64,000 nt of DNA from Alphaproteobacteria bacterium (GTDB lineage: Bacteria > Pseudomonadota > Alphaproteobacteria > Rs-D84 > SZUA-605): the NCBI GenBank assembly GCA_031549385.1, contig JAVBPW010000004.1, positions 12,043 to 76,042 on the forward strand, given 5' to 3'. The notes beneath the pieces are model-generated. The model searched no databases, had not been told where the DNA came from, and was given only the letters and a program-made list of their open reading frames with translations. Below, piece after piece: positions 18,473 to 26,591 of this stretch. The stretch's first letter is position 1. Every line of letters begins with the position of its first letter. Position numbers and translations under genes: made by a program.

Positions 18473-19597
18473 ATGAAAAAATTAATCATAGCAGTATTAA
18501 TAATAGTAGCAATAGGTGCAATTTTACTTTTATCAAACAAACCTTCAAATGCTCCAATAGGTGATAAACCAACTGTTAAAATAGCAGCATTATTTCCTAT
18601 GACAGGCGATGCAGGAGTATATGGTCAAATTTCACAAAAAGTATCTAAAATGTTTTTAGACGAATTTAATAAGAACAATCCTAAAGCTAAATATAACTAT
18701 GAAGTAATATTTGAAGATGTTCAATTATCATCTGCAAAAGCAGTATCAGCTTTAAAGAAAGTAGTTCATATAGATAAAGCAGATGCAATAATGTCAGTTC
18801 AATCTTCAGTAGCTTTAGTAATAAATCCAGAGGCTGAGAAGAATAAAATAATTCAATTAAGTTTTGCATCAGATCCAGCTGTAGCAAAAGGAGAATATAA
18901 TTTCAGAATAGGTGCCGATATAAAACAAGTTGTAGATATGACAATCGCACGAATGAAAAAGCAAGGTATAAAAAAAGTATCAGCTGTTATTTTGGTTGGT
19001 GATGTAGCAAGTTATATAACAGGAAAAGCATTTGAAGAACAAATGAAGAAAGAAAAAGATATTGAATTAGGCTCAGTTTCATTAGTTAATTTTACAGACA
19101 AAAATTTTGATGTAATAATAGAAAAAATCAAAAAAGAAAATTCAGACATGATTTTATTAGAAGCTCTTCCTCCAGTATCAGATTTGTTTTTAAGAAGAAT
19201 GAAAATGTTAAATTTAAATATTCCAGTAACAGGAGCATGGACATTAGCCTCTTTAAGCGATAAGAGTTTAGCCGAAGGAATGTGGGCGTTTGATGATGCT
19301 GTAACAGATCCAGTTTTTGAAAAAAAATTCCAAGAAACAATAGGAGCAACAGGTGGAACATTCTACAGTGAATATACATATGCTATATTAACAGTATTAA
19401 CAAACGCATGGGAAAACACTCCATCAGAACCAGGAAAAAAGCCAACTTCAGAAGAAGTAGTAAAAACTATGATGAAAAAAACTAAAGGTTTAAAATCATC
19501 ATTAGGAACACTTGATATAGACCAAGAAGGTAATGTAACTCTTCAAGGTGTAATCAAAACTATCAAAAATGGTAATTTTATAATTGAAAAGGAATAA
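18473..19597 (+). CDS. Liv-family substrate-binding protein, paralog 6
   Basis: 374 aa. Motif VKIAALFPMTGDAGVYGQ and C-terminal IKNGNFIIEKE. Confidence 0.75.
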   Translation: MKKLIIAVLIIVAIGAILLLSNKPSNAPIGDKPTVKIAALFPMTGDAGVYGQISQKVSKMFLDEFNKNNPKAKYNYEVIFEDVQLSSAKAVSALKKVVHIDKADAIMSVQSSVALVINPEAEKNKIIQLSFASDPAVAKGEYNFRIGADIKQVVDMTIARMKKQGIKKVSAVILVGDVASYITGKAFEEQMKKEKDIELGSVSLVNFTDKNFDVIIEKIKKENSDMILLEALPPVSDLFLRRMKMLNLNIPVTGAWTLASLSDKSLAEGMWAFDDAVTDPVFEKKFQETIGATGGTFYSEYTYAILTVLTNAWENTPSEPGKKPTSEEVVKTMMKKTKGLKSSLGTLDIDQEGNVTLQGVIKTIKNGNFIIEKE

Positions 19598-19599
19598 AA

Positions 19600-20697
19600 A
19601 TGAAAAAAGTTATTTTAGGTATAGTATTTATATTAATAATAGCAACAAGTCTTCTTATTTTTAATAAGAAACCAATTGTTCAATCAGACAGACCAACAGT
19701 TAAAATAGGTATATCTCTACCGCTATCAGGTGATGCCGCAGTTTATGGTGAAAGTGCAAAACAAGCAGTAAAAATATTCTTTGATAATTTTAATAAAGAC
19801 AAATCATTTTATAACTATGAAATAGTCTATGAAGATGACCAATTTCAAGCTTCAAAAGCAGCAACAGGTGTAAACAAGATGATATCCATTAACAAAATAG
19901 ACGCAGTTCTAACATTCATGTCACACATAGGCTCAGCAATAAGCCCAATAGCTAAAAGAAACAAAGTGCTACATATGTCAGTTGCTACAGATCCAAAGAT
20001 AGCTGACGGTGAATATAATTTTACAGTTTCAACATCAGCTAAAGATGAGATGAATAGATTAATAAAAAATTTTGAAAGAATGAAAATCCAAACAGTAGAA
20101 TTTGTTACAACAAACACCTCAGGAGGAGTTATATTTTTAGAAGCCTTTAAAGAAGCAATTAAAGGGAAGAGCATAATATTAAAAGCAACTCATTCAATTA
20201 ATCCAACAGACCGTGACTTTCGTCCACTCCTACAAAAGATAAACAACTCAAAACCAGATGTAGTAGTAGTCCAATTATTCACTCCAGCAGTATCAATCTT
20301 TGTAACCCAATATCATCAACAAGGAATGAAAATTTCTTTAACAAGCGCAGAAGGTTTTTCATTTATAGAAGATAAAAACATAATAAATGATTTTTATTAT
20401 GTTGATGCTGCTCCAGCTTCACAAAATTATATAGAACAATATAAAAAAGTTGCAGGCAATGAAACAACAAACTATTCAGAATATGTTTATACAATGTTAC
20501 AAGTTTTGGTTTCAAGTTTTGAGCAATATGCAAAAGAAGTAATAGACACAAAAGAAGTAAGTAAAATAATAAATGAAAAGACAACTGGAATGTCTACAGC
20601 AATTGGAAAAATAATAACATATCCCAAAGGCGTAATAGACGCTCCTGGAGTTTTAAAGCACGTACAAGATGGAAAGGTGGTAATTGTAAATGATTGA
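19600..20697 (+). CDS. Liv-family substrate-binding protein, paralog 7
   Basis: 365 aa. Motif VKIGISLPLSGDAAVYGES and a divergent C-terminus VQDGKVVIVND. Confidence 0.75.
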   Translation: MKKVILGIVFILIIATSLLIFNKKPIVQSDRPTVKIGISLPLSGDAAVYGESAKQAVKIFFDNFNKDKSFYNYEIVYEDDQFQASKAATGVNKMISINKIDAVLTFMSHIGSAISPIAKRNKVLHMSVATDPKIADGEYNFTVSTSAKDEMNRLIKNFERMKIQTVEFVTTNTSGGVIFLEAFKEAIKGKSIILKATHSINPTDRDFRPLLQKINNSKPDVVVVQLFTPAVSIFVTQYHQQGMKISLTSAEGFSFIEDKNIINDFYYVDAAPASQNYIEQYKKVAGNETTNYSEYVYTMLQVLVSSFEQYAKEVIDTKEVSKIINEKTTGMSTAIGKIITYPKGVIDAPGVLKHVQDGKVVIVND

Positions 20698-21409
20698 ACT
20701 AAAAAACATCAACGCAGGTTATACAAGCAAAAGATTAGTATTACATGATATCTCAACAACTATCATGTCCAATACTATTACAGTAGTAATGGGACCAAAC
20801 GGAGCAGGCAAATCAACGCTTTTAAAGGTTATGTATGGATTATTAAAGCCAAGCTCTGGCTCAATATTAATAGACAGAAAAAAAACAACTCCACGTCCAC
20901 AGAATTTAGTAGAACAAGGAATATTTATGATTCCACAAGGTAACAGGGTTTTCCGTAATATGACAGTTCTTGAAAATTTTGAACTAACAACTCACTTTTG
21001 GAAAGACAAAAGTGATTTTGATAAAAAATTAAAAGAGGTGTTAAATTTCTTTCCAGATTTAAAGACTCGTCTAAATGAAAAAGCAAAGAATTTATCTGGT
21101 GGACAGCAACAAATGGTTGCAATAGCAAGAGTTTTACTCAACAACCCAAAATTAGTATTACTAGACGAGCCATCAATAGGTCTATCACCAAAGCTAATTC
21201 AAGACACATTTGAAAGAATAAGAATAATAAAAGAAAAAACAGGTACAGGTTTTGTAATAGTAGAACACAATCTAAAATCATTATTACCTCTAACAGATCA
21301 TGCATATATATTGGATCAAGGAAGAGTAATATATGACGGTCCATCAGAAACAAAAACCTTAGATAAAATGATGACCAGTATCTTTAAAAACAACGATTGT
21401 AATATTTAA
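20690..21409 (+). CDS. livF: Branched-chain amino acid ABC transporter ATP-binding protein (LivF type)
   Basis: 239 aa. Walker A GPNGAGKSTLLK, signature LSGGQQQM and Walker B LVLLDEPS. Overlaps paralog 7 by 8 nt. Confidence 0.85.
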   Translation: MIELKNINAGYTSKRLVLHDISTTIMSNTITVVMGPNGAGKSTLLKVMYGLLKPSSGSILIDRKKTTPRPQNLVEQGIFMIPQGNRVFRNMTVLENFELTTHFWKDKSDFDKKLKEVLNFFPDLKTRLNEKAKNLSGGQQQMVAIARVLLNNPKLVLLDEPSIGLSPKLIQDTFERIRIIKEKTGTGFVIVEHNLKSLLPLTDHAYILDQGRVIYDGPSETKTLDKMMTSIFKNNDCNI

Positions 21410-21480
21410 TATACGATTCTTGACATTCTGATAAAAAAGAGTATCTTTACATGATATTTTAAACAATCAAACTTAAATAA

Positions 21481-22029
21481 ATGAAAACAGTAATATTTAC
21501 AGTACTCCTAATATTAGGAGCAGGGCATCTTTTAGCCCAAGAAGAAAACCAAGCAGCAGTGCCAATGCAACTACGCTTCAGGTCAGAGATATTTTTTGGA
21601 CCTGGGGAAGGTATGCTAACAAGAGCGGGTATGGCCTATGACGGCCTATATTTATTCGGTCAAGTACTAAGTATGCCAAATTCATACAAATACGGTGGCG
21701 GTTTTTTGTACGATTGTACAATAAACAAAACATCAATCAGAGTATTGGCAGCCTACAACGAATGGGTAGAACCTAATAATTGGTATGGTTACATAGGTTT
21801 ATTTCAAGACCTTGGTCTTGACCTTCCAATAAACCTTCAACCAACTGTACTAATGAATACGGAATTAGACACCTCATTAGGTCTCTGGGTTCCATTTAAA
21901 TTGGGGCAACACTTTACGGTGGGTTTTTGGTTTTATAAATCTATATTTAATAGACATGGCTTTTATTGGGGAGAAAATCTCTGGGAAGTTGATTTATTCA
22001 TAGATTTATGGAAAAAGAAGCGGCATTAA
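21481..22029 (+). CDS. Secreted hypothetical protein (182 aa), aromatic/Gly-rich, possibly a small outer-membrane beta-barrel
   Basis: Signal peptide MKTVIFTVLLILGAGHLLAQ. Alternating aromatic/aliphatic residues throughout. No family recognised. Confidence 0.45.
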   Translation: MKTVIFTVLLILGAGHLLAQEENQAAVPMQLRFRSEIFFGPGEGMLTRAGMAYDGLYLFGQVLSMPNSYKYGGGFLYDCTINKTSIRVLAAYNEWVEPNNWYGYIGLFQDLGLDLPINLQPTVLMNTELDTSLGLWVPFKLGQHFTVGFWFYKSIFNRHGFYWGENLWEVDLFIDLWKKKRH

Positions 22030-22097
22030 TATGCCGTTTTTTATTTAGGAAAATGTACCTACAGCTTTTATTCCTAATTTCTGTTATAAAATAAAGC

Positions 22098-23267
22098 ATG
22101 AAGAAATTTTTTATGTTTTTAACAATAATAATACCAAATAAAAGGTTAAGACGAAAAGTTCGTACTTATATAAAAAGATTTTACTTTAAAGGTATTTTTA
22201 AATTTTCACCTAATAAAGAATTAATAAATTTTAATGAAAGAGTTGTTCGTACAAATTCAGTATTAATGATAGAAATAAATAGTTTTCATGGAGAAGTTCT
22301 TCCAGGCTTTGCAAAGTATTTATTAGATTTAGGATATAATGTAGATTTATTAATAACAGAAGAAGTATATAACGAACAGCCTTTTAAACTATTTAAAGAT
22401 GAAAGAATAAATATTTTCAAATTAGGTTTTCCAGACATAGAAAAAATTCAAAAAGAAAAGTTCAATGAATATGAATTTATCTTCATGAGTTCATCATCAA
22501 AGTTCTCAAGGCCATCTCCAGTGTATGGAGCATACAGTTCTATGAAACGTTTTTTACAAGACACTCCACAAGGAAAAAATCCAACTATATTTGTATATCA
22601 TGATATAGAAGAAGTAAATAAAAATTCTCATAAAAATAATGAGTTAAAAGTAATAACTCTAGGAAATATTAAAGGCGGAAAAATGGTCAACCCGCATTAT
22701 TTTGGAGACGTAAAAATCACTGATAAAAATGACAAAACTGTATTTTTGACAGCTGGCTATATCAACCCAAAAGCAAAAAATCACGATTTATTACTTAAAG
22801 CAATAAAAGATCTTTCAGATAAAAATTTAAACTTTGAGGTAGTAGTAATAGGGGGAGGAGATTTAAAGAATATTCCTGAAGAAGCAAAAAATTATATCAA
22901 ATTTAAAGGTCGTCTAAATTTTCCAGACATGTATAAAGAACTTGAGTCTGCAGATTTCTTTTTACCATTACTAGATCCAAACAATGAAGCTCACGAAAGA
23001 TATATAACAACAGGAGTAACAGGATCATCTCAATTAATATATGGATTTTTAAAGCCAACAATAATACATGGAAAATTTTCTAACTTTTATGGGTATAATG
23101 ATAAAAATTCTATTATATATTATGATGATTTTTCAAATAAGATGTCAGAAGCTATACAAATCAAACAATCAGAATATAAAGAAAAACAGGATAATTTAAA
23201 AAAATTATCCAACAAGATATATGAAGAATCTTTAAATAATTTAAGAGATTTAATTAATATAAATTAA
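22098..23267 (+). CDS. Putative glycosyltransferase (GT-B, group-1-like C-terminal half)
   Basis: 389 aa. The C-terminal half (TVFLTAGYINPKAKNHDLLLKAIKDL...VVVIGGGD...FKGRLNFPDMYKELESADFFLP) follows the GT1/GT4 donor-binding domain pattern. Assignment is tentative. Confidence 0.35.
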   Translation: MKKFFMFLTIIIPNKRLRRKVRTYIKRFYFKGIFKFSPNKELINFNERVVRTNSVLMIEINSFHGEVLPGFAKYLLDLGYNVDLLITEEVYNEQPFKLFKDERINIFKLGFPDIEKIQKEKFNEYEFIFMSSSSKFSRPSPVYGAYSSMKRFLQDTPQGKNPTIFVYHDIEEVNKNSHKNNELKVITLGNIKGGKMVNPHYFGDVKITDKNDKTVFLTAGYINPKAKNHDLLLKAIKDLSDKNLNFEVVVIGGGDLKNIPEEAKNYIKFKGRLNFPDMYKELESADFFLPLLDPNNEAHERYITTGVTGSSQLIYGFLKPTIIHGKFSNFYGYNDKNSIIYYDDFSNKMSEAIQIKQSEYKEKQDNLKKLSNKIYEESLNNLRDLININ

Positions 23268-23366
23268 AAAATCTATATAAAACAAAGTGTTACTATTAAA
23301 ACTTTTTCTTGCCATACTTAAACAAAAGCGCTAGTATACTAAGTATCACTAAAGGAGATATCATTT

Positions 23367-24356
23367 ATGGCACAGCAAACACTTCCAATAAGGAAGAAAA
23401 GAAATCCAACTAATTTAATTATGTCAGGTTTAGGCTTACTATTTTTTGCAATAGCAGCTTATATGATTTACAAACAATTATCCCAATATACATTTGTAGA
23501 AATAAGAGACGCTATTCTAAATGTGCCAGCAAAGAATTTAATGTTTGCAGGGCTTGCAGCTTTTTTAAGCTATATGGTGCTTTCATTATATGATTTTTTA
23601 GCCCTAAAATACATAGGCAAACGATCATTTATTTTCAGATGGATGATGGCTGGTTTTGCTGGATTTGCAGTAAGTAATAACGCAGGGCATGCAATAGTAT
23701 CAGGAACAGCTATAAGATATCATTTATACAGACGTTGGGGTTTTACAATTCCAGACATTATAAAAATGGTAACATTTTCAACCTTTACATATACAATAGG
23801 CTGTTTTGCTCTTTTAATAGTAGGTTTTGTTTTAACACCAGAAGGAACAATAGGAAATGTATCAAGACTTTTGACAGTATCATTAGTTATCTTTTCAATA
23901 GTAAGTTTAACAGTGTATTTAACATCAGCAATTTTTGTAAAAAAGAAATTAACAATAGGAACATTTACATTAGAAATTCCATCTTTTAAACAAGCAATTT
24001 CACAAATAGTAATAGGTTCTTCAGATGTTATCTTAGCTTCATTAGTTTTATATTCAGTGCTTGCTCCAACAATTGATCTTCCATTTGGAACGTTTTTAGG
24101 AGTATTCTTAATTGCGCAAGTTCTTGGAACATTCAGTCAAGTGCCAGGCGGCGTAGGAGTATTTGAAAGTATTTTCTTTTATGTATTGGCAGATACTGAT
24201 GAAAAAGAAATTCCGTTGATTGCAGGGCTTGTAGTCTACAGATTATTCTATTATGTATTACCATTATTAGTTGCAGCAGTTATGGTAGGAATTTACGAAT
24301 TTCGTTTCAATCAAGGTAAAAGAAGATTGTTTAAAAAATGGGGACGTAAAAGATAA
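23367..24356 (+). CDS. Integral membrane protein, YbhN/UPF0104 (lysyl-PG-synthase TM-domain) family-like
   Basis: 329 aa, about 8 TM helices, basic N-terminus and a good SD (AAAGGAGA). Its size, topology and adjacency to a two-HKD PLD mirror the E. coli clsB-ybhN pairing. Confidence 0.45.
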   Translation: MAQQTLPIRKKRNPTNLIMSGLGLLFFAIAAYMIYKQLSQYTFVEIRDAILNVPAKNLMFAGLAAFLSYMVLSLYDFLALKYIGKRSFIFRWMMAGFAGFAVSNNAGHAIVSGTAIRYHLYRRWGFTIPDIIKMVTFSTFTYTIGCFALLIVGFVLTPEGTIGNVSRLLTVSLVIFSIVSLTVYLTSAIFVKKKLTIGTFTLEIPSFKQAISQIVIGSSDVILASLVLYSVLAPTIDLPFGTFLGVFLIAQVLGTFSQVPGGVGVFESIFFYVLADTDEKEIPLIAGLVVYRLFYYVLPLLVAAVMVGIYEFRFNQGKRRLFKKWGRKR

Positions 24357-24357
24357 T

Positions 24358-25914
24358 TTAAATTAGACTTTCTGGTACTAATCTCATAAATTTGAATAAA
24401 AATCTTTTTAAGAGTGTAGTATCAGGGCTATGTCTAACTTTAATAATTTTCTTACTATAATAAGGTTTTCCAGTCCAAGTAGTTATAAGTTTTTCGATAG
24501 TAACTCTCCAAGAATTTTTAATATCGTTTTTAATTAAATTTTTTAAAATAGCAGCAAACTCTTTATTTTCAAAAACTGCAACAATTTCAGTATTATAAAG
24601 AGCAGAGCGGTGGTCTAAATTAAAACTTCCAATCCAAGACAATTTATCATCAAAAACTATAGTTTTACTATGAAGGGAGGTAAAAAATTTAAACTTATCT
24701 TTTTTTACTTCATTTCCATTATTCATAAACTCATAAACTTTAACTTTATTTTTAATAAGTTTTCTTCTGTATCTCTCCCAAGCAGCATAAACAGAAGCTT
24801 GATTAGTAGAAGCTAAAGAATTAGTAACAACAGTAATCTCAACCCCTTTCTTTTCTTCATCAATAAGGCTGCTTTGTCCGATTTTTCCAGGCACAAAATA
24901 AGCAGCAGAAATATAAATATCGCTAACTGTTTTTTTCCAAAGATATCGAAGCTCTTTTAAAATAGGTGATGGGTCATTAATTTTTTGTTCAGTAGTCTTT
25001 TCAATTTTTGAAGGCATATCGGCAATAATTCTCCCATTTCCCCAATAAAATTTAAATTTATTATTTTTATAATCATTAATAGTTTTTTCAACTAAGTCAT
25101 CATATATCTTAGCGTCATCAGCTCTTTTTTTCATCTCATAATCAAAATTTCTTTTTGATCTTTCATTTTGTCTTTCTCTAAAAAAAACTGGAAATAATTC
25201 AGCAGGGATAGCTAAATGATAATTCCAATAATCTTCAAAAGAAGCAAGAGCTTCAACAGCAATTTTTCCTAAAAATAAAACGTCGGTATCAGAAAAGTTA
25301 ACAGATTTTTCAAGATAAAAATAATTATCAGCAATATTACGTCCACCAAGGATAACTGCAATTCCATCAACTATAAAAAGTTTATTATGCATACGGCAAT
25401 TAAGACGTTTAAAATCAAAAAGAAATTGAAAATATCTAATAAATTTTTTTCTATATTTAAAAGTGTTAAAAATTTTAACTTGAATATTAGGATGTAAGTC
25501 CAGCATCATAATATCAGAAGTATCAGAATCAACGCCATTATCATCAACTAAAATTCTGACTTTAACACCTCTATCTGCTGCCATTCTAAGTTCATTAATA
25601 AGTAATCGAGAAGAATTATCATCTTTAAATATATAGGTTTGAAGGTCAATACTTTTTTCAGCCAATCGAGCAAAAGCGCTTCTTAATATAAAAGCATCAA
25701 GTCCATTTTCGATAACTGCAGCTCCACTAGTTTTACAATTTTTTAATTTATCTTTATAATTTTTGGCAAGATTAGTAACCATACAATCAAAGCTGGGACA
25801 TTTCTCAATATATTTAACTTTATATTGTAATGCTCTTTTATCATTAGTTGAAGTAGGAACAATCCAAACAGTTAAAGCAAGAATAAGAAGTAAAATAGCA
25901 ATGTAAAGACCCAT
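24358..25914 (-). CDS. Phospholipase D superfamily protein (two HKD motifs), cardiolipin-synthase-like
   Basis: 518 aa. N-terminal TM. HKD motif 1 is RMHNKLFIVDG...GGRNI and HKD motif 2 is SLHSKTIVFDD...GSFNLDHRS. Confidence 0.75.
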   Translation of the reverse strand: MGLYIAILLLILALTVWIVPTSTNDKRALQYKVKYIEKCPSFDCMVTNLAKNYKDKLKNCKTSGAAVIENGLDAFILRSAFARLAEKSIDLQTYIFKDDNSSRLLINELRMAADRGVKVRILVDDNGVDSDTSDIMMLDLHPNIQVKIFNTFKYRKKFIRYFQFLFDFKRLNCRMHNKLFIVDGIAVILGGRNIADNYFYLEKSVNFSDTDVLFLGKIAVEALASFEDYWNYHLAIPAELFPVFFRERQNERSKRNFDYEMKKRADDAKIYDDLVEKTINDYKNNKFKFYWGNGRIIADMPSKIEKTTEQKINDPSPILKELRYLWKKTVSDIYISAAYFVPGKIGQSSLIDEEKKGVEITVVTNSLASTNQASVYAAWERYRRKLIKNKVKVYEFMNNGNEVKKDKFKFFTSLHSKTIVFDDKLSWIGSFNLDHRSALYNTEIVAVFENKEFAAILKNLIKNDIKNSWRVTIEKLITTWTGKPYYSKKIIKVRHSPDTTLLKRFLFKFMRLVPESLI

Positions 25915-25982
25915 AATGTTCCTTCATTAGGTGATAAATTAATAATATATTATTTTTCGTTAAAAATCAAACGATTTTAGAA

Positions 25983-26591
25983 TTATGAAATTTTCTTACT
26001 AATAAATTTATTATCTTTTATAACAAATCGCCAAGGCATATCTTTATATTCTTCAGCATAATCGATACCAATTCTTTTCCCAGAAAGCACTTCATAGTCA
26101 TTATCTTTTGGGCAAATCCATATTTCATTACTATTGATTAAATCAGCTCCATGAAGTTTTCCATCAATTCCAAAAGCCTGACAAAGTTTTCCAGGTCCAG
26201 TGGTTAGATTTTTAATATTTTTCAAACCTCGTCTTTGCATCATAATATCAATTCCATCAACAGGTTCAACAGAACGAACAAGTATAGCATTAGCTACATC
26301 TTTTTCATTTGTTACAATATTAAACATATTATACATTCCGTAAACAAAATAAACATAAGAAACTCCACCTTCCTCAAACATAATTGAATTGCGAGGAGTT
26401 TTATTTTTATATGCGTGACAAGCTTTATCTTCACAACCTATATAAACTTCCACTTCAGTGATTTTTCCAACACACAACTTATTATCAACATTAGTACATA
26501 AATAAGCTCCCAATAAAATATCAGTAGCAACCTTAAAAGGATCAAGCATATAATCTTTTTTCAAAAGTTTTTTATTACAATAATTCGCCAT
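25983..26591 (-). CDS. mpg: DNA-3-methyladenine glycosylase, Mpg/AAG family
   Basis: 202 aa. Segment ...KITEVEVYIGCEDKACHAYKNKTPRNSIMFEEGGVSYVYFVYGMYNMFNIV... matches the Mpg family core. Confidence 0.7.
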   Translation of the reverse strand: MANYCNKKLLKKDYMLDPFKVATDILLGAYLCTNVDNKLCVGKITEVEVYIGCEDKACHAYKNKTPRNSIMFEEGGVSYVYFVYGMYNMFNIVTNEKDVANAILVRSVEPVDGIDIMMQRRGLKNIKNLTTGPGKLCQAFGIDGKLHGADLINSNEIWICPKDNDYEVLSGKRIGIDYAEEYKDMPWRFVIKDNKFISKKIS

